This document shows positions 1 through 8,572 of a stretch of DNA of 34,394 nucleotides, one piece after another. Each line of letters begins with the position of its first letter. Position 1 is the first letter of the stretch. The translations under genes and the position numbers were made by a program. The notes beneath the pieces are model-generated. The model searched no databases, was not told the origin of the DNA, and was given only the letters and a program-made list of their open reading frames with translations. Source of the DNA: an uncultured Candidatus Saccharibacteria bacterium (GTDB lineage: Bacteria; Patescibacteriota; Dojkabacteria; GCA-002793355); contig CAZCKT010000001.1 of NCBI GenBank assembly GCA_964499355.1, positions 1 to 34,394 on the forward strand, read 5' to 3'.

Positions 1-98
1 AAGTCGATTCAAAACAAGATCGCGCAATGAAAGCAATTGATGAAATTGATAAGAAATGGGGGAAGAAACCGCGAACTTTTATGCAAATCGCGATATAA
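1..98 (+). CDS. 3' end of an upstream gene (partial at window edge), function unknown
   Basis: Frame 3 is open from the window edge to TAA at 96-98 (..VDSKQDRAMKAIDEIDKKWGKKPRTFMQIAI*). The AM-AID-I--K-G-K pattern recalls the C-terminal tail of UmuC-type Y-family polymerases, but 31 residues are too few to assign. Confidence 0.25.
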   Translation, partial: VDSKQDRAMKAIDEIDKKWGKKPRTFMQIAI

Positions 99-99
99 T
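94..99 (+). promoter_or_regulatory. -10 box TATAAT directly before the mnmA start codons
   Basis: TATAAT at 94-99; ATG at 100 and ATG at 106 (6 nt downstream, the spacing seen at other genes here). No SD. Confidence 0.35.
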
Positions 100-1314
100 A
101 TGGTGATGACCAGTACAAATAGAAAAATCTATGTAGCGATGTCGGGTGGAGTAGATAGTGCTGTTGTTGCCGCATTATTAGTGAAAGCAGGATTTGATGT
201 TACTGGCGTGTATATGAAGAATTGGGCTGATAATTTCGGTGTTTCTGCACGTTGTCCTTGGGAAGAAGATGTTGAAGACGTCAAAAAAGTCGCAGAACAT
301 TTGAATATTCCTTGGAAAGTTTTTAACTTTGAAAAAGAATACAAAGAGCGCATACTTGATTACTTTTTTGCAGAATATAAGGCCGGCCGAACCCCAAATC
401 CGGACATTCTTTGTAACAATTTAGTGAAATTTGATTTATTTGCTGAACGAGCATTTGCAGAAGGCGCAACTCACATCGCGACAGGTCACTATGCCAGAAG
501 ACGCAGCAATCAAGGATTTTCCTGGGAAGAACAAGGTGAACTAGGATTATTTACAGCCCTAGATTCAACGAAAGATCAAGGGTATTTCCTGCAAAGGCTT
601 TCATCTTTACAACTCGAAACAGCTTTATTTCCATTGGGAAATTATTATAAAAGTGAGGTCCGAGTATTAGCGAAAGCGTTTGGGTTACCAAATGCGGAAA
701 AGAAGGATAGCCAAGGTATTTGCTTTATTGGTGATATTGATGTTCGTGATTTTATTAAAGAACATTTAGATACTAATCCAGGTGATATTGTTGATGACGA
801 AACAAATTTGGTCGTTGGTCGACATCAAGGGTTATGGTTCTACACGATCGGACAAAGACAGGGAATCGGTGTGAGCAGTGCTGATTCGCCATATTTTGTA
901 GTTGAAAAACAGGTCGAAACAAATCAATTGCGAATAGCAAAGGGTCATAATAATTCGAAATTACTCCGTAAACAGATCCAACTTGAGAATATACATACAA
1001 TTTCTTCTGATTTGAATGAAAACCAAGAAATACTTGTTTCACTTCGATATCGCGAAAAACCAGCGAAAGCTGTAATTTCTAAAATTGTAAACGGTTTTGC
1101 ACAACTTGTTTCACAAGAAAGCAAAGGGTTTTGGGCCGCAGCAGCAGGACAAGGGGTTATTATTTACAGAAACGCAGATCAACAAGAATTTGCCCAAGTA
1201 GCGGCTAAATCGAACAGTTCCGTTGACCTATATAAATATTTCACTGACAGTGAAACAAGAAGAGCTATTCGAAATATTGAAATTTTAGGGGCAGGTGTTA
1301 TTGCAAGCAATTAA
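100..1314 (+). CDS. mnmA: tRNA-specific 2-thiouridylase MnmA
   Basis: PP-loop IYVAMSGGVDSAVVAALL near the N-terminus, plus NPDILCN and ATGHYAR motifs typical of MnmA/TrmU. The ORF-track TTG at 37 is unlikely; ATG 100 or 106 follows the TATAAT. About 50 extra C-terminal residues compared with typical MnmA. Confidence 0.9.
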   Translation: MVMTSTNRKIYVAMSGGVDSAVVAALLVKAGFDVTGVYMKNWADNFGVSARCPWEEDVEDVKKVAEHLNIPWKVFNFEKEYKERILDYFFAEYKAGRTPNPDILCNNLVKFDLFAERAFAEGATHIATGHYARRRSNQGFSWEEQGELGLFTALDSTKDQGYFLQRLSSLQLETALFPLGNYYKSEVRVLAKAFGLPNAEKKDSQGICFIGDIDVRDFIKEHLDTNPGDIVDDETNLVVGRHQGLWFYTIGQRQGIGVSSADSPYFVVEKQVETNQLRIAKGHNNSKLLRKQIQLENIHTISSDLNENQEILVSLRYREKPAKAVISKIVNGFAQLVSQESKGFWAAAAGQGVIIYRNADQQEFAQVAAKSNSSVDLYKYFTDSETRRAIRNIEILGAGVIASN

Positions 1315-1322
1315 TCGTAATT

Positions 1323-2531
1323 ATGTTTAATGAAAATATTCATTTTGATGGGAAAGATAGCGTAGGAAAGGGTGATGCAGCAAAAAATGCAGTAGCGGCG
1401 CTCTTATTTTCACAAGAAATACGATACCAAGGAATGCTTTATAAACCAGAAGATATTTGCGTTATACAAACGGATTACCCTCAATATTGGGGGGTAGGAA
1501 TGTTGGTTCATAGAATGAATACAAAGCATATAGGACGCAAATATCTTGAACAGAAAGGCTATTCTCAAGATGAATTGTTGCATATGCGAAAGGCGATGTT
1601 TGCAATAGATCGATTGATCGCATTAATTATAATGTATAAAATAAAGAAACAACCAGGAAAGTTGTACATCCATATCTCAGATCGTGGCCCTTATTCACAA
1701 GCGATAACTCATGCGGTTTGCTTTACTAATGAAACAGATTATCTTAAATCATTAGAATCAATCACCGATTCAGATGAGTGTTATATGAACAGGACTCGCC
1801 CGAATAATGTATTACTTGAAGCACAGAAATCTGGAATAGGTGGCGCAGGTGGGCGCAGAGAACTTGATGAATTGGAGGCACCGTTGTACCAACAACTTGC
1901 GGATAAAGGTTTTAATGCAATGAAACAAGATAAAAAACATAGGATAACACCTGTGACTACCCGAATTGGTAAACCTTTTCGCCCTAGAAGTGATATTGCT
2001 CGTGAAGTACTGCAAACTATAAATGTAACAGCAATTGGAATGCCTAATTTCGAAGCATTGGATCATAAAGACTTTTTGCCAAAATTTCGTACTAAAAATT
2101 TGATACAAATTGGTCCAATGAATTTGTTGGGTATTCTATTCCCATCCCTAAGTTCAGACACACATGTCGCATTAAGTGGTATTGAGGGTTTTGATATATG
2201 GAGGCGTAGAGCATACTTCTCAAATGAGGAAGTTGAAGGCATTGCGGCAAGAACTGGAAATGAGAAAAAAGAAAAAGTTGTTAAACACGAAGAAATTAAT
2301 GCAGGGAAAATTAGCCAATTAATTGCAGAAAACGACATGGCGCAAGTTGATGTACCAGAGGATATACTAAAAATGGGCAGGTACTTACTTGGTGAGTATA
2401 CAGGTGGCCAGTTATTGGAGTTTATAGAAGCAATGGATCACTTCTATGACGAAGATGGAAAAAAGTTAGACAACTATCCAAGTGGATATGAGAAATTAAT
2501 CAAACACTTGTTTTTATCGGATGTTACGTAA
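1323..2531 (+). CDS. hypothetical protein with N-terminal thymidylate-kinase-like (dNMP kinase fold) domain and degenerate P-loop
   Basis: N-terminal ~170 aa line up by eye with Tmk: IHFDGKDSVGKGDAAKNAVAALL vs IVIEGLEGAGKTTARNVV (Walker A GxxxxGK kept, S/T replaced by G). ISDRGPYSQAITHA matches the IGDRHDLSTQAYQG region. The C-terminal ~230 aa have no recognisable motif. Confidence 0.6.
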   Translation: MFNENIHFDGKDSVGKGDAAKNAVAALLFSQEIRYQGMLYKPEDICVIQTDYPQYWGVGMLVHRMNTKHIGRKYLEQKGYSQDELLHMRKAMFAIDRLIALIIMYKIKKQPGKLYIHISDRGPYSQAITHAVCFTNETDYLKSLESITDSDECYMNRTRPNNVLLEAQKSGIGGAGGRRELDELEAPLYQQLADKGFNAMKQDKKHRITPVTTRIGKPFRPRSDIAREVLQTINVTAIGMPNFEALDHKDFLPKFRTKNLIQIGPMNLLGILFPSLSSDTHVALSGIEGFDIWRRRAYFSNEEVEGIAARTGNEKKEKVVKHEEINAGKISQLIAENDMAQVDVPEDILKMGRYLLGEYTGGQLLEFIEAMDHFYDEDGKKLDNYPSGYEKLIKHLFLSDVT

Positions 2532-3051
2532 CCTTTCTAAAGGGAGGTTTCCTTTCTTTGTAAATTCCTAAACGTTTTTGCATGATCCTTAAGTATTTTT
2601 TTGCACGTTTGTTTGAAGCGAGCGTCACTGACAGTTGATCAAGAGTCTTTTGTGAAGTAAATAGACGTGTAATTGTCTTTGCGTAATGTTTTGGTACTAC
2701 CTCGAGCGTTTCCTTTATTGACGTATCAGTGGCGAGCTTTCTCAGTATAAGAACCACTCGTTCCAGTTCAGTTATCGTAATTTCCTTTTTGGCAGAAAAA
2801 AGAAGTGGAGAGCAGAGTGGTGCTAAAGTCGAGATTACAAATTCCATTGTAATTTCGTCGGGTAGCGATTGCTGATCAAGTACTTTAATTAGGGAATTAT
2901 CTACTTTTAATATAGTGTTCGTGCTCGTACTTAATGAAACACCAATTTTCTTGAAGTATTTTTCAATTTCAGATTGTATTGCTTGTTCCGGAGTCGTGTT
3001 TAACGGAAACAGCTTTTTACGTTTAGTCTGAAATGGCACAAGTTCGGTCAT
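2524..3051 (-). CDS. hypothetical protein (175 aa)
   Basis: Long ORF with a plausible helical composition. ATG at 3051 lies 6 nt downstream of a TACAAT (3058-3063, minus strand). The ORF-track GTG at 3066 sits inside that -10 box. The 3' end overlaps the convergent gene by 8 nt. Confidence 0.55.
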   Translation of the reverse strand: MTELVPFQTKRKKLFPLNTTPEQAIQSEIEKYFKKIGVSLSTSTNTILKVDNSLIKVLDQQSLPDEITMEFVISTLAPLCSPLLFSAKKEITITELERVVLILRKLATDTSIKETLEVVPKHYAKTITRLFTSQKTLDQLSVTLASNKRAKKYLRIMQKRLGIYKERKPPFRKVT

Positions 3052-3057
3052 ATACGT

Positions 3058-3063
3058 ATTGTA
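3058..3063 (-). promoter_or_regulatory. -10 box TACAAT, leaderless-type spacing to ATG 3051
   Basis: Minus-strand TACAAT, then 6 nt (acgtat), then ATG. Confidence 0.4.
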
Positions 3064-3091
3064 CACGTTTCTAAAAGAACCCGCAAAAGTG

Positions 3092-3121
3092 TTGACGCAA
3101 ATACCCCTAGGGGTATATACT
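3092..3121 (+). promoter_or_regulatory. sigma70-type promoter of the CsoR-like gene
   Basis: TTGACG at 3092-3097. -10 candidates are TATATA at 3114-3119 (16-bp spacer) and TATACT at 3116-3121 (18-bp spacer). ATG at 3130. Confidence 0.5.
3101..3116. promoter_or_regulatory. perfect 16-bp palindromic operator ATACCCCTAGGGGTAT
   Basis: Exact palindrome filling the -35/-10 spacer of the promoter above. A G/C tract flanked by AT-rich inverted repeats is the known operator architecture of CsoR/RcnR-family repressors. Confidence 0.55.
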
Positions 3122-3129
3122 TAATCGTT

Positions 3130-3360
3130 ATGAAACAAGAGGTAAAAGATCAACTTATTAACCGCTTAAAGCGCATTGAAGGGCAAGTTAAGGCGGTTCA
3201 ACGAATGATTGACGAAGACAAAACTGAACCAAAGCAAACCCTGATGCAGTTGACTGCTGTTATCTCTTCACTTGAAAATACAAAAATTGCACTGGTCGAA
3301 GAATACACAAAAGCAAAGGTAATGGCATCGCTAGAGTCGCTCTCAGAACTCTTGAAGTAG
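3130..3360 (+). CDS. CsoR/RcnR/FrmR-family (DUF156) transcriptional repressor lacking Cys/His ligands
   Basis: LINRLKRIEGQVKAVQRMIDED...LMQLTAVISSLENTK matches the family signature (RLKRIEGQvrgiqrMie...iqQisAv.sAL). Size of 76 aa is typical. The protein contains no Cys and no His. Confidence 0.75.
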   Translation: MKQEVKDQLINRLKRIEGQVKAVQRMIDEDKTEPKQTLMQLTAVISSLENTKIALVEEYTKAKVMASLESLSELLK

Positions 3361-3365
3361 AGTGA

Positions 3366-3374
3366 TGCTATAAT
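3366..3374 (+). promoter_or_regulatory. extended -10 TGCTATAAT, 6 nt before ATG 3381
   Basis: TG-C-TATAAT at 3366-3374, then caactt, then ATG. No SD. Confidence 0.45.
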
Positions 3375-3380
3375 CAACTT

Positions 3381-3971
3381 ATGTTACTAACCAAACTCAA
3401 GAAAATTAATGCTATTCAGCTCGAAGTTAAGGATACAACCGCTATTTGGTTGATTGATCCAGTTACTACTGTTGCTGATGTCGAAGCTGTTATTCCAGCA
3501 GGTGTTGATATTGTGCTGGTTAATAGAGCAGAACCGTTTACAAGCCCAGAACAAGTTGACGAATGGGATCTTTTTTCTCAAAAGATGAAGTCAGATAAGA
3601 ATACTATCGTGTTGTTTTCTGCAGGCGAATACAGAGTTAAGGACATTCACTTTAAAGGGAGTAGTTTAGATTCAGTTGTTCACTATGTCTTAGAAACACC
3701 AGATGGAACCGTTGGATTCTTCCAAACCGAACCAAGTGATTCGTTTGTTAAACAATATTCTCCAATTGATGTCATTGTTGGACGAGATATGGCACTTGCA
3801 GGTGTACAGCTTGATTTTGAACCATTTTATGTCGTTCTTGCAACCTTAACCGATGACTATAAGAAGAAGAGTGGCGTTAGTGATGTTGCGGTTGTCGAGA
3901 AGGTTTCTGTCAAGAAAATTGATGCTGCGGCTCGAGAAGGAACCGTGAGTATGAATGTTTGCGCGATTTAG
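3381..3971 (+). CDS. hypothetical protein (196 aa)
   Basis: Long ORF between the CsoR-like gene and dnaB, with a leaderless-type promoter. No motif I can assign. Confidence 0.6.
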   Translation: MLLTKLKKINAIQLEVKDTTAIWLIDPVTTVADVEAVIPAGVDIVLVNRAEPFTSPEQVDEWDLFSQKMKSDKNTIVLFSAGEYRVKDIHFKGSSLDSVVHYVLETPDGTVGFFQTEPSDSFVKQYSPIDVIVGRDMALAGVQLDFEPFYVVLATLTDDYKKKSGVSDVAVVEKVSVKKIDAAAREGTVSMNVCAI

Positions 3972-3980
3972 TGGTAAACT
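3972..3980 (+). promoter_or_regulatory. extended -10-like TGGTAAACT, 6 nt before dnaB ATG
   Basis: TG-G-TAAACT at 3972-3980, then acctac, then ATG 3987. Confidence 0.35.
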
Positions 3981-3986
3981 ACCTAC

Positions 3987-5303
3987 ATGGCACAAAGAAT
4001 ACCTCCACAAAACTTAGATGCAGAGAAGAGTATCCTTGGTGCAATCTTACTCGATAGAGATGCCCTTGTTAAGGTACTTTCATTCTTAAGGGCAGAGCAT
4101 TTTTATGAGAAACGTCATGCAATTATCTATAAAGCGATGTCTGATTTGTTCATGGCGTCGGTCTCTATTGATCAATTGACGTTAACTGATTTTCTTCAGA
4201 AACAAAATACCTTACAGGAAGTCGGAGGACGATCCTATTTAGTGGAGTTAATCGAAGCAGTTCCAACTTCAGCGCACGCAGAACAATATGCGAAAACCAT
4301 CAAAGAAAAGGCACTTAGGCGTAATTTGATCTCGGCAGCAGCAAGTATTACTGATCTTGCATTTGACGAAGAAAAGCCAACAAATGATGTCGTCAATCAA
4401 GCACAGCATGAACTGTTTACCGTTTCTGTACAAGGAGTCGACAAAGGGTTCTCTCACATTCGAAATGTCTTGGAACAAGTGTATGAAGAAGCAGCACAAG
4501 TAAATGTTGCAGATGGTTCACTGCTAGGTGTAACGACAGGATTTAGAGATCTTGATGGAGTACTCGGTGGTTTGCAGAAATCAGACTTGATTATTCTTGC
4601 CGCTCGACCATCAATGGGTAAAACATCGTTAGCACTTGATATGGTCCGATGTATGGCTCTTGCTAATAAAAAAGTGGCTTTCTTTTCGTTGGAAATGTCT
4701 CAACAGCAGCTTGTTTCTCGTATGTTATCTTCTCAAAGTGGTGTTGGTTTATGGGAAATGCGTACAGGAAAGTTAACCGACGATGAATTTGCAAAGTTAT
4801 CTGAAGGTACAGGTGTTTTGTCAGATTTGGATGTGTATATTGATGATACGCCAGGTGCGAACATCGTTGAAATTCGAACAAAGGCTCGACGACAATTTAT
4901 GGAACAGGGTATTGATGCAATATTTATAGACTACCTGCAGTTGATTCAAGGAAATACTCGCGAAGGTCGTGTGCAGGAAGTTTCTCAGATTTCTCAGGAA
5001 TTGAAGAACATGGCACGTGAGCTTAAGGTCCCAGTTGTTGCGCTTTCTCAGTTGTCTCGTAAGACAGAGGATCGTCCAGATCGTATGCCTATGCTTTCAG
5101 ATTTGCGTGATTCAGGTTCTATTGAACAGGATGCTGACGTTGTTATGTTCATTCATCGTGAAGATTACTATGATCCAGAAACCGAAAAGAAAGGTGTTGC
5201 TGAAATTAAAATCGCAAAGCATCGAAACGGTCCAACTGGTTCCGTTGATATTGCCTGGGTCAAAGATATGGCAAGTTTCAGGAATTTGAGTAAGGATAAT
5301 TAG
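3987..5303 (+). CDS. dnaB: replicative DNA helicase DnaB
   Basis: N-terminal PPQNLDAEKSILGAILLD, Walker A ILAARPSMGKTSLAL, Walker B IFIDYLQLI, and SQLSR and RDSGSIEQDADVV motifs. 438 aa, no intein. Confidence 0.95.
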   Translation: MAQRIPPQNLDAEKSILGAILLDRDALVKVLSFLRAEHFYEKRHAIIYKAMSDLFMASVSIDQLTLTDFLQKQNTLQEVGGRSYLVELIEAVPTSAHAEQYAKTIKEKALRRNLISAAASITDLAFDEEKPTNDVVNQAQHELFTVSVQGVDKGFSHIRNVLEQVYEEAAQVNVADGSLLGVTTGFRDLDGVLGGLQKSDLIILAARPSMGKTSLALDMVRCMALANKKVAFFSLEMSQQQLVSRMLSSQSGVGLWEMRTGKLTDDEFAKLSEGTGVLSDLDVYIDDTPGANIVEIRTKARRQFMEQGIDAIFIDYLQLIQGNTREGRVQEVSQISQELKNMARELKVPVVALSQLSRKTEDRPDRMPMLSDLRDSGSIEQDADVVMFIHREDYYDPETEKKGVAEIKIAKHRNGPTGSVDIAWVKDMASFRNLSKDN

Positions 5304-6076
5304 TAAGTACTCAATTTTTCGTAATAAGACTCGGCAGCGGTTTGATTGATTGCTTCAGGATTTTCTTGAGAATATGGATTAACAGCAATTCTTGTAGGTA
5401 TTAATCCATTTTGACCTTTGTCCATTTTTTGATTTGCAATATTTGGTATTTTCCCATTGCTATAAATTTCACGCGTTCTAATCGTGGCAGTTATTAAGTC
5501 ATCATTTGAATTAATTTGCATATATCTTGGAAGCACGAATTTATTGAACTCAACTTCATCACTTGGTTCATGGCTTGGAAGCAGTAAATGTGTATTTGTT
5601 ACTTTTCTTTTAGCATTATCATTTTGAGAGAAGAATTCAACAACACTTATCTTCTCTGTAACTGGACCTGTTTTCTGGTAAAGAACTAAAGTTTTTACGT
5701 TTGGCTTTGAAGGGCATAACCCAACGAAAATAGATATTTTGCCATTTCTCGTTGAGAAATCGCGGCCAAAATAATGCAAAAGTAACTTCTGGTCTTCATT
5801 GTTCAAAATATCAAGTAGAAGTATTGGTTCTGACTTAGGCTCGTTTAATTTGTATTTGCCATCAACAACATTTTTAAGTTCAACGATACCTGCTGTAACT
5901 CCTTCCAATCTTTTTGCGAGTTCTCTATTCTTACCTTGTATATTTATACCCATTTCCCGAAGTGAGTTTTTAAATCCATCGACATTTTTAAATAGCCATA
6001 ATTGATACCGTTGTATCGCATTAGGATAGAATCTATGCTCTGAACGGGGTCTTATCTCTTTATCAACTGTTGTCAT
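5300..6076 (-). CDS. hypothetical protein (258 aa)
   Basis: Long ORF. I trimmed the start to ATG 6076 (MTTVDKE) because the ORF-track N-terminus (GREGVEPS..) is the antisense translation of tRNA-Leu. ATG 6115 is an alternative start. The stop overlaps the dnaB stop (TTAG). Confidence 0.5.
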   Translation of the reverse strand: MTTVDKEIRPRSEHRFYPNAIQRYQLWLFKNVDGFKNSLREMGINIQGKNRELAKRLEGVTAGIVELKNVVDGKYKLNEPKSEPILLLDILNNEDQKLLLHYFGRDFSTRNGKISIFVGLCPSKPNVKTLVLYQKTGPVTEKISVVEFFSQNDNAKRKVTNTHLLLPSHEPSDEVEFNKFVLPRYMQINSNDDLITATIRTREIYSNGKIPNIANQKMDKGQNGLIPTRIAVNPYSQENPEAINQTAAESYYEKLSTY

Positions 6077-6129
6077 TGTCAATAGGTAATGAAAAATTAT
6101 GGGATATTCTACCATCTTGGGGAATTTCT

Positions 6130-6138
6130 TGCTATAAT
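6130..6138 (+). promoter_or_regulatory. extended -10 TGCTATAAT upstream of tRNA-Leu
   Basis: TGCTATAAT at 6130-6138, 10 nt before the first tRNA nucleotide. Confidence 0.5.
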
Positions 6139-6148
6139 TCATTACTTT

Positions 6149-6234
6149 GGGCAGGTGGTGGAATGGCAGACACGAAAGACTCAAAATCTTTTGCGGGCGA
6201 CCCCCGCGTGAGGGTTCGACTCCCTCTCTGCCCA
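6149..6234 (+). tRNA. tRNA-Leu (anticodon CAA), type II with long variable arm, no encoded CCA
   Basis: Acceptor stem GGGCAGG/TCTGCCC (one G-T pair). Anticodon stem AAAGA/TCTTT with loop CTCAAAA. Variable arm GCGGG..CCCGC. T arm GAGGG-TTCGACT-CCCTC. Discriminator A. Confidence 0.9.
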
Positions 6235-6261
6235 AATGTAACTCATTTCATCTAATACGAT

Positions 6262-6990
6262 ATGGTATCCGTACTCGCGCAATCCGCCTCATCATCAGCA
6301 AATATTGGTGAATATGTTCAAAACGTTTTTCAACAAGCAATTGGAATCGATGTCATGATGGCATTTAGAATTTTGGCATTGTGGATATTTATTGTTTGGT
6401 TAGTTTTTGCCTTATGGGTTGCGGTTGATGCAAGCTCTCGTTATAAACGATGGCAAGTTGCAGTACTTTGGTTCTTATTCGTGTTGCCGTTCAATGTTCT
6501 CGGATTCATAGGGTACTTGTTTATGAGACCAGTGGTTACTATAGATGAACATCAATGGACAAAACTAGAAAGTAAGTATCTAATGCACGAACTTAGTTCT
6601 GTTAATGATTGCCCACATTGTGGCACATTAGTTCCAGTCACAAATAATTATTGTGGTGTCTGTGGTACTCAGATGAATATTAATTGTCCAAAGTGTGAAG
6701 TTATTCAAAGTATTTATTCCGTACACTGTACGAATTGTGGTGTTAGAATTGGTGAAGAACAGAAAGTTGTAGCCCCGATTAAAGGTGTGTATGCGCACGA
6801 AAGTTTGTTACACAAGATTAAAGATGTAATCAGCTCAAGTAAATCAAAAGCACAAGCAAAAATTGCTCAAGTAAAAGAAACTCTCGCAGCAAAAAAACAG
6901 GCAGCAGCGATTAAGAAAGCTGAAAAATTAGAAAAGAAAAAATCAAAGAAAGAAGAAAAGAAGGAATCAACTGAAGCAAAGGCTGCATGA
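6262..6990 (+). CDS. membrane protein with PLDc_N-like N-terminal TM domain, double zinc-ribbon and Lys-rich tail
   Basis: WLVFALWVAVDASSRYKRWQVAVLWFLFVLPFNVLGFIGYLFMRP resembles the PLD nuclease N-terminal (cardiolipin-synthase N-terminal) TM motif. CPHCG..YCGVCG and CPKCE..HCTNCG form two zinc ribbons. The C-terminus is AKAQAKIAQVKE..KKKSKKEEKK. Confidence 0.7.
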   Translation: MVSVLAQSASSSANIGEYVQNVFQQAIGIDVMMAFRILALWIFIVWLVFALWVAVDASSRYKRWQVAVLWFLFVLPFNVLGFIGYLFMRPVVTIDEHQWTKLESKYLMHELSSVNDCPHCGTLVPVTNNYCGVCGTQMNINCPKCEVIQSIYSVHCTNCGVRIGEEQKVVAPIKGVYAHESLLHKIKDVISSSKSKAQAKIAQVKETLAAKKQAAAIKKAEKLEKKKSKKEEKKESTEAKAA

Positions 6991-7484
6991 TCTCGACAAT
7001 CCTAGGTATAGTTGGTGTTGTGCTGTTTTATCTAGGGTGGTACGTTTCTATAACCAATTGGTCCAGATTAACGGAACTCGGAATCGAACATTCAAAGTCA
7101 TCGACAACCTATTTTGATGGTATTTTTACTAGCTCAGTTTTGTCGTTGATTGCAGCTAGAATTGTTTGGATGTTGCTACATGTAAGCGTTTACCAAGATG
7201 TTCCTTGGGGACTGCTTCCCTATACACGATCAACAGCTGATTTTAACTGGTTCGCACTTTTCCCATGGCGTGTGTTTAGAATAACGGAAGGGGTGTTTTT
7301 GCCTCTTTTCTGGGTATTATTAGGAGTTCTTATTGTATTTGGTATCTTTGCACCTTCGATTACTATGGCTAGACGTCTGAGGTTGGAAAAACGTGGAATT
7401 ATGAGGTCATTTATTGTTAAGTATATTGTTTGTATTGTAACGACATTGGTTTACTTTGGCGTTCTTGGTTATTTTTCACTATAA
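6987..7484 (+). CDS. hypothetical integral membrane protein (165 aa)
   Basis: ATGA stop/start overlap with the upstream gene. Four or five hydrophobic segments. Confidence 0.6.
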   Translation: MISTILGIVGVVLFYLGWYVSITNWSRLTELGIEHSKSSTTYFDGIFTSSVLSLIAARIVWMLLHVSVYQDVPWGLLPYTRSTADFNWFALFPWRVFRITEGVFLPLFWVLLGVLIVFGIFAPSITMARRLRLEKRGIMRSFIVKYIVCIVTTLVYFGVLGYFSL

Positions 7485-7495
7485 TAGGAGTAATT

Positions 7496-8572
7496 ATGAG
7501 ATTAGATACGTATATACAGGAACAAATCGAAACGAAGTTTGGTGTTAAGCTTTCACGTTCATATGTGGAGCGATTACTCGAAGCGGGTGGAGTAGTTTTG
7601 AATAATGAAGTTATTAAGAAGAAAGGTTTTTCTTTTGATCCGGCAAAACATCAACCTGCAATTAACGAAGAACTTGCAGCTAATATGTTGTCTGTGTATA
7701 AAACAGGGAAACGACAGGATGACGAAGCAGATGCTTGGGATGCAAGTGAGATGGGAATTGAATTAGATGAATATCGAGTCAAGCAAGCGGCAGATATTAA
7801 GCCTAGGATAGTTTTCGAAAACGGCGATGTTTTGGCTGTTAACAAACCCCAGGGGGTATCTTCTCACCCAGGTAGAGGTGATCGTGGAGCAGATAGTATG
7901 GTCTACCAATTCATTAAATATATGCGTGAGGCATATAAATATATTCCAAGAGCTGGTTTGCTTCACCGATTAGACAAAGACACTCAAGGATTACTTTTGT
8001 TTGCTAAAAACATGCAGACATATAATGAAGTTAAGTCTCAATTTGAAAAGCGTGAGATTCAAAAGTATTACTTGGCTGTATGTGACAAGACAACACAAAT
8101 GCATAACAATATAAAGAAGCAATTGGGGTTCTTGCATGGACAGGGTAGAGCAGAGAAGCCATATTCTGAGTACAAAACGACACTTGAACTTGTTGAAAAT
8201 GTAACGAATATGCAAAATCCAGTTGTGTTAGATGGCTTTATTGGAAGAAGAAAAGGAACGCCGTATATGGTGTACACACCAGATCAAAGGCAGTCAGGTA
8301 ACCTAATTGGAAGTAAGAACTGCGTCAGTGACGTTTATGTAATCTTTGAAGATGCTACTGAAATACAATTGTTGTTTGTTCCTCATACTGGGCGAACACA
8401 TCAGATTAGAGCACAGGCAAGATACTTAGGTACGCCTGTACGTAATGACCGAATGTATGGGCTACAGGATACCCATGAGGGTACACTTCAGCTCTGTGCA
8501 GCAGCCATTTCATTTACGGTAAAGGGTAAAAAGGAAGAATTAGCACTTCCAATCGATCAAATTCTCGTTTAA
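7496..8572 (+). CDS. RluA-family 23S rRNA pseudouridine synthase (RluD-like, S4 domain plus catalytic domain)
   Basis: Catalytic HRLDKDTQGLLLFAKN and GRTHQIRAQARYLG motifs. N-terminal S4-like MRLDTYI..LSRSYVERLL. AGGAG SD at 7486-7490 supports ATG 7496 rather than the ORF-track start at 7430. Confidence 0.88.
   Translation: MRLDTYIQEQIETKFGVKLSRSYVERLLEAGGVVLNNEVIKKKGFSFDPAKHQPAINEELAANMLSVYKTGKRQDDEADAWDASEMGIELDEYRVKQAADIKPRIVFENGDVLAVNKPQGVSSHPGRGDRGADSMVYQFIKYMREAYKYIPRAGLLHRLDKDTQGLLLFAKNMQTYNEVKSQFEKREIQKYYLAVCDKTTQMHNNIKKQLGFLHGQGRAEKPYSEYKTTLELVENVTNMQNPVVLDGFIGRRKGTPYMVYTPDQRQSGNLIGSKNCVSDVYVIFEDATEIQLLFVPHTGRTHQIRAQARYLGTPVRNDRMYGLQDTHEGTLQLCAAAISFTVKGKKEELALPIDQILV

Noticed and set aside
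3381-3971. 196-aa protein as a degenerate metallo-beta-lactamase-fold hydrolase
   Set aside because: There is only a vague resemblance (IDP..VDIVLVNR vs IDP..DlvLiTHxHxDH), with none of the His/Asp ligands. That is too weak to call without a profile search.
6077-6235. N-terminal 53 residues of ORF-track entry 5300..6235 (MGREGVEPSRGGRPQ..)
   Set aside because: This stretch is the antisense translation of tRNA-Leu (GGTTCGA T-arm gives ..EGVEPS..). The CDS was trimmed to ATG 6076.
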